Shown here one piece after another: positions 17,539 to 26,420 of a stretch of DNA of 64,000 nucleotides. Origin of the DNA: Acidobacteriota bacterium (lineage in GTDB: Bacteria > Acidobacteriota > Vicinamibacteria > Vicinamibacterales > Vicinamibacteraceae); the NCBI GenBank assembly GCA_023418055.1, contig JAEZDP010000064.1, positions 687 to 64,686 of the forward strand. Direction: 5' to 3'. The position numbers were made by a program, and so were the translations under genes. Below the pieces are notes generated by a model. The model did not search any database, was not told where the DNA came from, and saw only the letters and a list, made by a program, of their open reading frames with translations. The first letter of the stretch is position 1. Every line of letters starts with the position of its first letter.

Positions 17539-18879
17539 ATGGACCGACGCCAGTTGTTGAAGGCCGGCGGGGCGGCGCTTGCGCTCTCCGCGTTCCCGGG
17601 ATACGTCCGCGCATTCGCGCAGGAGCCGTTGCGGGTGGGGCTCATCGGATCGGGCTGGTACGGCAAGTGTGATCTGCTGCGGCTCATCCAGGTCGCGCCG
17701 GTGAACGTCGTGTCGTTGTGCGACGTGGACAGCCGGATGTTGAGCGAGGCCGCCGATCTGGTGGCGACGCGGCAGGTCTCGAAACAGCGCCCGAGGACCC
17801 ATGCCGACTACCGCACGATGCTGGCCGAGCGCGACCTCGATCTGGTGCTCATCGCGACACCCGACCACTGGCATGCCCTGCCGATGATTGCGGCCGTCGA
17901 GGCCGGTGCAGACGTGTACGTGCAGAAGCCCATCAGCATCGACATCGCCGAAGGCCAGGCCATGCTGGCGGCCGCGCGCAAGCACGGGCGCGTGGTGCAG
18001 GTCGGCACGCAGCGGCGCAGTACGCCGCACCTCATCCACGCTCGCGACCGCATCATCCGCGAAGGGCGTCTCGGCACCATCGGCATGGTGGAGATCTACT
18101 GCTACTACCACATGCGGACGCGACAGAACCCGCCGGACACCACCCCGCCCGCACATCTCGACTACGAGATGTGGACGGGTCCCGCACCGATGCGCCCCTA
18201 CAACCCCCTCGTGCATCCCCGCAGTTGGCGCGCATTCATGGAATACGGCAACGGCATCGTCGGCGACATGTGCATCCACATGCTGGACATGGTGCGCTGG
18301 ATGCTCGACCTCGGCATGCCGGGCCGCGTGACGTCCACCGGCGGCATCCTGGTGCAGAAGGACAGCAAGGCCAACATCTCCGACACCCAGACCGCCACGT
18401 TCGACTTCGGCGACCTGCCGGTCGTCTGGACGCACCGCACGTACGGCGCCGCCCCCGACCCGAAGTACCCCTGGGGCGCCACGTTCTACGGCGACAAAGG
18501 CACCCTCAAGGCCAGCGTCAACAGCTGGGACTTCACGCCCCAGGGCGACGGCCAGCCGCTGCGCGAAGATGTCGTGCTGGAACTGGACGAGTATCCCGAG
18601 GACCGCACCGAGAAGGACCTCGAGCGTCACGTCGCGCCCGCCATTCGTGGCCACATGAAGGACCTGCTCGCCAACATGCAGTCGCGCGGCCGCCCGGTCG
18701 CCGACATCGAGGAGGGGTACATGTCGACCACGGCCTGCATCCTCGCCAACCTCTCGGCCCAGCTCGGTCGCTCGCTCACCTGGGATCACGCCGCCGGCCG
18801 CATCGTCGGCGACGATGAGGCGAACGGCTTGCTGAGGAGACCGTACCGAGCGCCCTGGCAACATCCGGGGCAGGCGTAG
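17539..18879 (+). CDS. Gfo/Idh/MocA-family oxidoreductase with twin-arginine signal
   Basis: ATG 17539. MDRRQLLKAGGAALALSAFPG is a TAT motif. A Rossmann motif GLIGSGWYGK is present, together with IATPDHWHA and VYVQKP, which are typical of the family. Confidence 0.9.
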   Translation: MDRRQLLKAGGAALALSAFPGYVRAFAQEPLRVGLIGSGWYGKCDLLRLIQVAPVNVVSLCDVDSRMLSEAADLVATRQVSKQRPRTHADYRTMLAERDLDLVLIATPDHWHALPMIAAVEAGADVYVQKPISIDIAEGQAMLAAARKHGRVVQVGTQRRSTPHLIHARDRIIREGRLGTIGMVEIYCYYHMRTRQNPPDTTPPAHLDYEMWTGPAPMRPYNPLVHPRSWRAFMEYGNGIVGDMCIHMLDMVRWMLDLGMPGRVTSTGGILVQKDSKANISDTQTATFDFGDLPVVWTHRTYGAAPDPKYPWGATFYGDKGTLKASVNSWDFTPQGDGQPLREDVVLELDEYPEDRTEKDLERHVAPAIRGHMKDLLANMQSRGRPVADIEEGYMSTTACILANLSAQLGRSLTWDHAAGRIVGDDEANGLLRRPYRAPWQHPGQA

Positions 18880-18885
18880 GCGGTC

Positions 18886-18941
18886 CACGTCGCCATACGC
18901 CATACGCCATACGCCATACGCCACACGCCGTAGGGCGTACG
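18886..18941 (+). repeat. Tandem heptanucleotide array (core 4 x CCATACG plus degenerate flanking units)
   Basis: CACGTCG CCATACG CCATACG CCATACG CCATACG CCACACG CCGTAGG GCGTACG, beginning 7 nt after the TAG of the Gfo/Idh/MocA gene. It uses the same unit as the array at 17441..17524. Confidence 0.85.
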
Positions 18942-18954
18942 ACACCCCTTGACG

Positions 18955-18983
18955 CTCTACAGGTAGACGACGTACATGTAGAG
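18955..18983 (+). promoter_or_regulatory. Putative PadR operator / promoter region
   Basis: Inverted repeat CTCTACAGG (18955..18963) / CATGTAGAG (18975..18983), matching 8 of 9 positions. It lies immediately after a TTGACG hexamer (18949..18954) and 15 nt before the padR ATG. No convincing -10 was identified. Confidence 0.3.
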
Positions 18984-18997
18984 AGACAAGGGGTGAC

Positions 18998-19342
18998 ATG
19001 CCAGATTCGCGATCCGACATCCTGCAGGGTACGCTCGACCTCCTCATCCTCAAGGTGACGCAGGGCGGGCCCGTGCACGGCTATGCCATCTCCCAGCGCT
19101 TGCAGCAGATGTCCGAAGACGTGCTGCGGGTGCAGCAGGGGTCGCTGTATCCGGCGCTCCATCGCCTCGAACGCAAGGGCCTGCTCAAGGCCGACTGGAA
19201 GCTCACCGACACGGGCCGCGAGGCGAAGTTCTACACGTTGACCGCCGCGGGCCGGACGCAGCTCGAGTCGGAGACGGCGTACTGGCTCCAGATGTCGCGC
19301 GCCATCGCGCTGGTCCTCCAGACGGCGGAGCGCACGTCATGA
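18998..19342 (+). CDS. PadR-family transcriptional regulator
   Basis: 114 aa. ILQGTLDLLILK...HGYAISQRL...GSLYPALHRLERKGLL...KFYTLT is the canonical PadR winged helix. The stop overlaps the next start (ATGA). Confidence 0.9.
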   Translation: MPDSRSDILQGTLDLLILKVTQGGPVHGYAISQRLQQMSEDVLRVQQGSLYPALHRLERKGLLKADWKLTDTGREAKFYTLTAAGRTQLESETAYWLQMSRAIALVLQTAERTS

Positions 19343-21413
19343 CGCGCTGGCCCGGCAGACGTGATGCCGAAGGCCGGCTCGACGCCGAGGTGCAGTTCCA
19401 TCTCGACGCGCGGGTCGCCGACCTCGTGGCCGTCGGGATGAGCCTGGAGGCGGCCCGGTCGCAGGCACGACGCGAGTTCGGCGGACTCGAGCAGGTGAAG
19501 GAGGCCTGTCGCGACCAGCGCGCCACTCGCTGGCTGGGCGACGCCTGGCGTGACGTTCGTGCACCGAGCGCACGCTCAGCGTGGGCCCGACGATCGCCGA
19601 CTCCAGCGCCGGCTGGTGGCTGGCCGCCATGACGCGGCTGCCCGATGGGTGGACCGACGCGCAGCTCGACGCGCGGCTCGATGCCCTGGCGCCCGCGCTC
19701 TTCCGCGAGACGCTGCCCGAGCAGTACCGCCCGGAACTGGCCGAGCGCTACTTGAACTTCGGGTTCACCGTGATCCATGCCGGCACCGGCGTCTCGTCGC
19801 TGCGCACCCAGTTCTCCGGACCGCTGGTGCTGCTCGGCTCCATCACCGGTCTCGTGCTGCTCATCACCTGCGCCAACCTCGCCAACCTGCTGCTGGCGCG
19901 GGCGAGCCACCGGGAGCGCGAGTTGGCCGTGCGCCTGGCGATCGGTGCTTCGAAGACCCGTCTGTTGCGTTACAGCGCGGCCGAAGCGATCGTGCTGGCC
20001 CTGGCAGGCGCGGTGCTCGGCACCGGCGTCGCCTTCGGCCTGAGCCGGTTCCTGGTCGACGCGCTGAGCAGCGCGAACTCGCCGGTGTATCTCCTGCTCG
20101 AGATGAACTGGACGCTGCTCCTGTTCACCGCCGCCACCGCGACCGCGACGGCGCTCGTGTGCGCGATCGCTCCAGCACTGCGCGCGACCCGGGTGCCGCC
20201 GACCGCGGCCCTGCGCGACGGGCTCCGTGCGTCGGCGTCGAGTGGCGCCATGTCGTGGCGCCGCGTGCTGATCGTCGGCGAGGTGGCGCTCACGTTGGTG
20301 CTGCTCGTGGGGGCGTTGTTGTTCGCCCGCAGCCTGAGCAACCTGCAGCGGGTGGACGTCGGCTTCGACCCCGAAGGCCTCGTGGAGGTCAGGGCGGAAC
20401 TCGACCGGCTGCCGGATGCGGCCGCGCGCCACGGAGCCGTGCGTGATGCCATGGCGGAACGCTTCGCGGCCCGTCCCTGGATCACCGAGTTCGCCGAAGC
20501 GGCCTACATGCCCATGGGCGGTTCGACCTGGAACGACACCATCGACGTCAGCGGCCTCAACCGCACCGACATCGACAGCCAGCTCAATCGTGTGGGCATC
20601 GACTACTTCGCGATGCTCGGCGTGCCGTTGCTCGAAGGCCGGCGCTTCACCGAACAGGACCGCGTCGACACGCCGCCGGTGGCCATCGTCAACCGCGCCT
20701 TTCGCGATCGGCACCTGCCGGGGCAGTCCGTGATCGGACGGCAGGTCCGCTTCCTGAGTGAACCCGAGGTGACCTACGAGGTGGTGGGCGTCGTGGGCGA
20801 CACGAAGTACGCCAACGTGCGCGAGGACGACCCCTCGATCATCTTCGTCGCGGCCCTGCAGGACCCGGATCCTGGCACGGCGGTGCAGATGTTGCTGCGC
20901 TCGTCGCTCGAGCCGGCCGCAACCGTGACCGCCGTGGGGCGGGAACTGTCGGCCGTGTCGCCGGCCCTCGTATTCCGCACGCGCGTGCTGACCAGCGTCA
21001 TCGACGACATGCTGCGCATCGACCGCCTCCTCGCGGCCCTCTCGGTCGCCTTCGGGATGCTCGCGGTGCTGCTGGCGGGCGTCGGGCTCTACGGCGTCAT
21101 CGCGTACATCGCCGCCGCGCGGGAGCACGAGATCGGCATCAGGCTCGCGCTGGGTGCCTCACGACCGCACGTCGTCGGTCGGGTGGTGCGTGACACGGCG
21201 TGGCTTGTCGCCGGCGGCATCGCCCTGGGCCTTGGCGGCGCCCTGCTCGGCGCGCGCCTCGTCGAGAGCCTGCTGTTCGGCCTCGAGAGCCGCGACCCGG
21301 CCAGCTACATGGCGGCACTGCTGCTGCTGGCCGGCGTCGGTCTCGCCGCGAGTGTCGTACCGGCCTGGCGCGCCTCGCGGACGAGCCCGATGAAGGCCCT
21401 GCGACAGGAATGA
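19339..21413 (+). pseudogene. ADOP-type (duplicated FtsX/MacB-like) permease, apparently disrupted by an internal deletion plus a frame change near 19555..19632
   Basis: ORF 19339..19632 encodes the permease-prefix domain (FHLDARVADLVAVGMSLEAARSQARREFGGLEQVKEACRD..RRSP) and then stops. ORF 19581..21413, in the -1 frame, begins inside the end of the first periplasmic domain (MTRLPDGWTDAQLDARLDAL). It continues through FtsX module 1 and a complete second TM/periplasmic-domain/FtsX module. The first TM helix and most of periplasmic domain 1 are missing. Confidence 0.5.
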
Positions 21414-21434
21414 GGTCGGGGCGTCACGGCCGCC

Positions 21435-22253
21435 TCAGGCCGGCGGTCCTTCCTCCGGCAGGGGCGGGCGCACGCCCTGCCGGCCGCGTTCGCCGAGCAC
21501 CGCCCACGGGTGCGGCGTCTTGCGGGGCACGAGGCCGAAGGCGTCGATGGTGCGGCCCCGCACGTACGCCAGCGCCTCCTCCACGTCGTCGGTGACGAGC
21601 AGCAAATCGAGGTCCTCCGGGCTGATGGTCTTCTCCTTGACCATGAGCCCGAGCTGGTCGAGCAGCGGCGTCCAGTAGTCGCGGCCCATCAGCACCACGG
21701 GGAAGTTCAGGACCTTGCCCGTCTGTATCAGCGTGAGCGCTTCGAAGAGCTCGTCGAGGGTGCCGATGCCGCCGGGCAGCGCGACAAAGGCGTACGAGTA
21801 CTTGAAGAGCAGCACCTTGCGGACGAAGAAGTACTCGCAGGTGACCCAACGATCGAGGTAGCGGTTGGCGGCCTGCTCGAAGGGCAGCTTGATGTTGCAG
21901 GCGACCGACCAGCCGCCGGCCTCCTTCGCGCCGCGGTTGGCGCCCTCCATCACGCCCGGGCCGCCGCCGGTCATCACGGTGAAGCCGATGCGGCTCAGGC
22001 CGGCCCCCACCTCGCGCGCCAACTGGTAGTAGGGATGGTCTTCGTGGAAGCGGGCCGACCCGAAGACCGTGACGCAGGGGCCCGCAAAGTGCAACGTGCG
22101 GAACCCGCGCAGGAAGTCGCGGACCGTCTGGAACAGAATCCGCAGCTCGCGGCGACGCGAGTGCGGCCCCTGGAGCATGACGCGGTCGGCGCCGTTGAGC
22201 GGGCGTGTGGCGCCCGCGGGCGCAGCGGCGGCGTCGGACGTGGCAGGAGACAT
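21435..22253 (-). CDS. LOG-family / TIGR00730 Rossmann-fold nucleotide-binding protein
   Basis: The motifs TGGGPGVMEGANRGA and PGGIGTLDELFEALT are present. ATG 22253 is preferred over the TTG at 22271. Confidence 0.85.
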   Translation of the reverse strand: MSPATSDAAAAPAGATRPLNGADRVMLQGPHSRRRELRILFQTVRDFLRGFRTLHFAGPCVTVFGSARFHEDHPYYQLAREVGAGLSRIGFTVMTGGGPGVMEGANRGAKEAGGWSVACNIKLPFEQAANRYLDRWVTCEYFFVRKVLLFKYSYAFVALPGGIGTLDELFEALTLIQTGKVLNFPVVLMGRDYWTPLLDQLGLMVKEKTISPEDLDLLLVTDDVEEALAYVRGRTIDAFGLVPRKTPHPWAVLGERGRQGVRPPLPEEGPPA

Positions 22254-22289
22254 GCGGCCATTGTCCCCCAACCACGTCCGTCGAGGCGA

Positions 22290-23453
22290 TTACAGCGCCT
22301 TGAGCACCTCACCGAGCATGTGCCGTGCCCCTTCGACCCCGTCCCACGGGCCATCTTCGTACTCCAGCGCGATGATGCCCTTGAACCCGTGGTGGTTCAT
22401 GATGCGCACGCAGCGCTGCAGGTCCACGTTCTCCCAGCGGTCCCAGTACTTGGCGTGAACGGTCGTGTGCGTGTAGGGCATCACGGCCTCGAGGCCGTGG
22501 TAGAGCAGGTACTCGTGCTCCCAGTTGCAGAAGTCGGGTGACGCCTCGCAGTAGGGGTGGTTCACCTCGTCGAGGATGATCCGCATGTTGGTGGGATCGG
22601 CGCTCAGGCCCCAGTGGTTCTCGAGCGTCACCTTGACGCCGACCTTTCCGCCGTAGTCGGCCATCTCCTTGAACGACTCGATCGCGTTGGCCAGGTACTT
22701 GACGATCTCGTCGTTGCGCGGGTAGCCCGTCGTCGCGCTGGCCTGCGGGACGATGCGCGGGCCACCGGTGTTGACGCGCATCGTCTTGGCGCCGATGCGC
22801 GCCGAGCCGTCGAGCCACTTCTTCGCCACCTCGACGCCGGCCTTGCGCTCGGCCGCATCGAGCACCGAGATGTTGCGCGGGGCGTTGTTCGACACGTGGT
22901 GCACGAGCACCCCGGTCTTGGCGCAGTTGTTGGCGAGCGTGTCGAGCCAGGCCTTCGCGCTCGGCAGCGACGGGTCGAACTCGTAGACGGTGCGCGTCTG
23001 GCCGTTGCCCATCGTGACCTGTGTCTGCGCGTACATCGAGTCGTCGGTGACGTCGCCGAAGAGCGACGACCACACGTCGGTGTGCCACACGCCGGGGAAG
23101 TTGTCGCGCGTCCACTGCGGGTAGTCGAGCAGCGTGATCTCGCCGTACTTCTTCTTCATGGCGTCCGCGCGCGCCTGCGCCTCGGCGTTGCCGCCCATGC
23201 CTCCGCCCTGCCGCGGCCGCTGCTTGAACAGCGTGCGATGGGGGTAGGTGTTGGTCGCGATGCGCGCGAGCTTCTCCTGCTCGGTGAGCGGACGCTGGTC
23301 GACCGCAGTGGCCGCCGCCGCCTCGCGGCCCGCCAGGCCTCCGGCCAACAGGCCGCCTGCCAGCGCGGCGGTCGTACCCTTCAGGAAGTGCCGGCGCGCC
23401 GGATCGGAAGTCGTGGGGCGGTCCCCGTGATCGTGTCGTGTGGAATCAGTCAT
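22290..23453 (-). CDS. Xylose-isomerase-like TIM-barrel (sugar phosphate isomerase/epimerase family) protein with twin-arginine signal
   Basis: ATG 23453 (the track start at 23489 is TTG). ARRHFLKGTTAALAGGLLAGG is a TAT motif. The length and the C-terminal pattern (VTLENHWG...FKGIIALEYE) fit the AP-endonuclease-2/xylose-isomerase-like fold. Confidence 0.8.
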   Translation of the reverse strand: MTDSTRHDHGDRPTTSDPARRHFLKGTTAALAGGLLAGGLAGREAAAATAVDQRPLTEQEKLARIATNTYPHRTLFKQRPRQGGGMGGNAEAQARADAMKKKYGEITLLDYPQWTRDNFPGVWHTDVWSSLFGDVTDDSMYAQTQVTMGNGQTRTVYEFDPSLPSAKAWLDTLANNCAKTGVLVHHVSNNAPRNISVLDAAERKAGVEVAKKWLDGSARIGAKTMRVNTGGPRIVPQASATTGYPRNDEIVKYLANAIESFKEMADYGGKVGVKVTLENHWGLSADPTNMRIILDEVNHPYCEASPDFCNWEHEYLLYHGLEAVMPYTHTTVHAKYWDRWENVDLQRCVRIMNHHGFKGIIALEYEDGPWDGVEGARHMLGEVLKAL

Positions 23454-23671
23454 GGAGGGATCTGTCGTTGAAAAACGCGGATTGGCCAACGGAGTGATGA
23501 ACGACGCCCGGCACCCCGGCGTTTCGTGGAGAGCCGTCGGCTACGCCCAGGTGCGGCGCCGGTCCGGCCCGGCCGCGCCTGATATGCTGCGTCGCTGTAA
23601 GCGCACGGCGGCTGCCCGACGTAGAGGCCAGCGAACGTGTCGCGCCACTCCCCGGGAGACGAGGCCCCCGC

Positions 23672-24958
23672 ATGACCTCACTGTTACAGCGATTCTTCAA
23701 CGTCCGGCGTGAGGAAGTGGCGCCGCTGCTCGCCGCCGCCTTCTTCTTCTTCTGCGTGCTGACCGCGCTCATGATGCTGCGTCCCGTGCGCGACGCGCTC
23801 GGCATGCAGCGCGGCATCGAGGCCATCCGCTGGCTGTTCATCGGGACGGCAGTGATCACGCTGGCCGTCAACCCCGTTTTCGGCTGGCTGGTGAGCCGCT
23901 TCAGGCGCATCGTGTTCATCGCCGTCACGTACCTGTTCTTCGCGCTCAGCCTCGTGGGCTTCTGGGCCCTCATCGTGTTGACGCCGCAGGCGGTGGGCGA
24001 GACCAGCGGACAGGTCTTCTACGTGTGGTTCAGCGTGTTCAATCTGTTCAGCACGATGGTGTTCTGGGCGCTGATGGCCGACCGCTTCACCCTCGAGCAG
24101 AGCAAGCGCCTGTTCGGAGCCATCGCCGTGGGCGGCACGCTGGGCGCGATCGCCGGGCCCTGGCTGGCCACGATGCTCGCCGAGCCACTCGGCACGCCGA
24201 CGTTGCTGCTCGTGGCGGCCGGCTTCCTCGGATGCGCCATCGGCGCCGCCTGGCTCGTCACCCACCTGCAACCGTCGCCCGCACACGCCGGCGAACCTTC
24301 GGCAGCGGCTGCCGCAGACGACCGCGCGGTCATCGGCGGCAGTGCCTGGGAAGGCCTCGCCGCCGTGGCACGCTCGCCGTATCTCCTCGGCATCTCGGGC
24401 TACGTGCTCGTGATGACCGTGATGGCGACCTTCATCTACATGACGCGCCTGGCCATGGTCGATGCGCTCGGCGACACGGTGGACGAGCAGACGCGGATGT
24501 TCGCGCAGATCGATCTCTTCACCCAGGTCACCACCCTCGTGTTGCAGGGCCTCGTCACGGGCCACCTGATGAAGCGGTTCGGCGTCGCCGTGGCGCTGAT
24601 GATTCTGCCGGTCGTGGTCTCGCTCGGGTTCATCGGCCTGGCCATGGTGGGCTCATTTGCCGTGCTCATCGTGTTCGAGGCCACCTTCCGCGCCCTGCAG
24701 CGTGCCGTCACGCGCCCAGCTCGCGAGACGCTCTTCACCGTGGTGAGCCGCGAGGACAAGTACAAGTCGAAGGCCGTGACCGACACGTTCGTCTACCGCG
24801 GCGGCGACGTGCTCGGGGCCTGGACCGAAGGCGGCGTGCGTGCGCTCGGCTTCGCGCTGGCGGGACTGGCCTCGGTGGCCGTCCCCCTGGCGGTCATCTG
24901 GATGGGGCTGGGGGTCTGGCTGGGGCGGAAGCAGGAGGCGTTGCAGCAGTCGCGGTGA
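23672..24958 (+). CDS. MFS-type transporter resembling the Npt1/Npt2 (TLC, ATP:ADP antiporter-like) family
   Basis: 428 aa with about 11-12 TM helices. The N-terminal pattern (FNVRREEVAPLLAAAFFFFCVLTALMMLRPVRDALG) resembles TLC-family starts. The product call is tentative. Confidence 0.7.
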   Translation: MTSLLQRFFNVRREEVAPLLAAAFFFFCVLTALMMLRPVRDALGMQRGIEAIRWLFIGTAVITLAVNPVFGWLVSRFRRIVFIAVTYLFFALSLVGFWALIVLTPQAVGETSGQVFYVWFSVFNLFSTMVFWALMADRFTLEQSKRLFGAIAVGGTLGAIAGPWLATMLAEPLGTPTLLLVAAGFLGCAIGAAWLVTHLQPSPAHAGEPSAAAAADDRAVIGGSAWEGLAAVARSPYLLGISGYVLVMTVMATFIYMTRLAMVDALGDTVDEQTRMFAQIDLFTQVTTLVLQGLVTGHLMKRFGVAVALMILPVVVSLGFIGLAMVGSFAVLIVFEATFRALQRAVTRPARETLFTVVSREDKYKSKAVTDTFVYRGGDVLGAWTEGGVRALGFALAGLASVAVPLAVIWMGLGVWLGRKQEALQQSR

Positions 24959-26420
24959 CGTTGGCATGGACGGTCAGATCCGGCCGGCTGACGGCAGTGG
25001 CCGCCACCCCCTCGGCGGTCACGCCGGTGTTGCCTGCGTACACGGCCTGTAACGACCTGGCCGACGCCAGGTGCTCGAGTCCCGCGTCGGTGACCCGCGT
25101 GCCGTACACGTTGACCGACGACAGATGCTGGAGGCCGGCGACCGCGTCGAGGCGCGCGTCGGTCACCGCGGTGCGGTCGAGGTGCAGGCGGGTCAGGTGC
25201 GGAAAGCGCGCCAGCAGCGCGACTCCCTCGTCGGTGATGGCCGTCCCGCCCAGGTCCATCCACGTGATGTGAAGGGCCAGCGGCACCAGGGCTTCGAGTG
25301 CGGCATCGTCGAAGGCGACGCCGGAGCCTCGGGCCTCCACCTGGAGCCAGTCCACCCCTTCGGCCAGGCGGCTCACGGGCAGGCCTGACGCGGCCAGGCG
25401 GTCGAGGGTCGCGTCGTCGAGTGGACCAGCCTCCACGGCCAGCAGCGCCGGCCCGTCGAGCGACAGGTTGCCGACACGCACCTGGATGGCAGGCATCACC
25501 TCCGGCGCGATCTCCACGTCGGCGAGCGTGTGCGTGAACGACGCACCGGCGTCCACCCACCAGCGCAGGACGGAGGCGTCGGCCGCGGGCATCGGCGCGC
25601 TCGACTTGGGGGGCATCGCATCCTTGTGGACGGGCGGCAGCCACAGGCGCCTGATGAGGTCGCTGGCGTTGGCCTGGCCGGCCACGAGCACGGCGCCGGT
25701 GCGTCCGCCCGCCAGGATGGTGTCCGGGGTGTCGAGGCGGAGGTCGCCATTGGCCTTCGAGGGCCCGTGGCAATCGACGCAGTGCTCCTGCAGCACCGGC
25801 TTCACCAGCGCGTCGTACACGACCACCTGCGCGGGCTGGACGCTGCGCGCCTGGACCAGCGCCGACTCGGCGCCGAACCAGCGTGCGAAGGGTGCGGGGA
25901 GGCGCTCGGTGAGGTAGCCCTCCCCGTGGGTCAGGGTGCCGCCGAGATGGCCCACCAGTCCGAGCAGCACGACCCCGGCGGCGACCAGCACGTCCGACGC
26001 CGCCTGAAGACGCACGTCGCCACGACGCGACGCGCGCCAGGCGGACAGCGCCGCTGCGGCGGCGAGTGCCGCCACGACGTAGCCGAGCCGCTGGTGCCAG
26101 AGGAACGTGTCGCCGCCGTAGCCGCCCTCGGCCGAGAGGGCCTGCCCGGCCGCCACCGCCGCGACGGCGCCGAAGGCCGCCACCCCGAGCACCGGGACGA
26201 TGGCGCTGCGGGCCACGGCGTGCCGTCCGGACCGCGCCAGCCCCACGAGCACCGCCGCCGCGACGAGGGCGCCGATCGGGAGGTGGACCAGCGCCGGATG
26301 GAAACGCCCGACGAAGCCGACGAGCGCCATGCGCTCGCGCGGCCCGACGAGGACGGCCGCCGCCACGACGACCACGACGGCCAGCAGGGCCCAGGCCCAG
26401 CGCGGAAGGCGTCGGATCAC
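24894..26420 (-). CDS. Membrane protein: DUF2231-like 4-TM domain, PSCyt1-type CxxCH domain and leucine-rich repeats
   Basis: 508 aa; the GTG start overlaps the upstream stop (GTGA). FHPALVHLPIG is a DUF2231-like motif. KPVLQEHCVDCHGPSKANGDLRLD is the planctomycete cytochrome c motif. The C-terminal repeats are LRR-like: L..L.L.GT.VTD.GL..L (HITWMDLGGTAITDEGVALLARFPHLTRLHLDRTAVTDARL...). Confidence 0.8.
   Translation of the reverse strand: MIRRLPRWAWALLAVVVVVAAAVLVGPRERMALVGFVGRFHPALVHLPIGALVAAAVLVGLARSGRHAVARSAIVPVLGVAAFGAVAAVAAGQALSAEGGYGGDTFLWHQRLGYVVAALAAAAALSAWRASRRGDVRLQAASDVLVAAGVVLLGLVGHLGGTLTHGEGYLTERLPAPFARWFGAESALVQARSVQPAQVVVYDALVKPVLQEHCVDCHGPSKANGDLRLDTPDTILAGGRTGAVLVAGQANASDLIRRLWLPPVHKDAMPPKSSAPMPAADASVLRWWVDAGASFTHTLADVEIAPEVMPAIQVRVGNLSLDGPALLAVEAGPLDDATLDRLAASGLPVSRLAEGVDWLQVEARGSGVAFDDAALEALVPLALHITWMDLGGTAITDEGVALLARFPHLTRLHLDRTAVTDARLDAVAGLQHLSSVNVYGTRVTDAGLEHLASARSLQAVYAGNTGVTAEGVAATAVSRPDLTVHANVTATAATPPASAPARPPAPSR

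Noticed and set aside
19554-19632. Programmed -1 ribosomal frameshift joining the two ADOP ORFs.
   Set aside because: I found no X XXY YYZ slippery heptamer or obvious downstream structure in the overlap. Even a frameshifted product would lack TM1 and most of the first periplasmic domain. A deletion or pseudogene, or a sequencing indel, is the more economical explanation.
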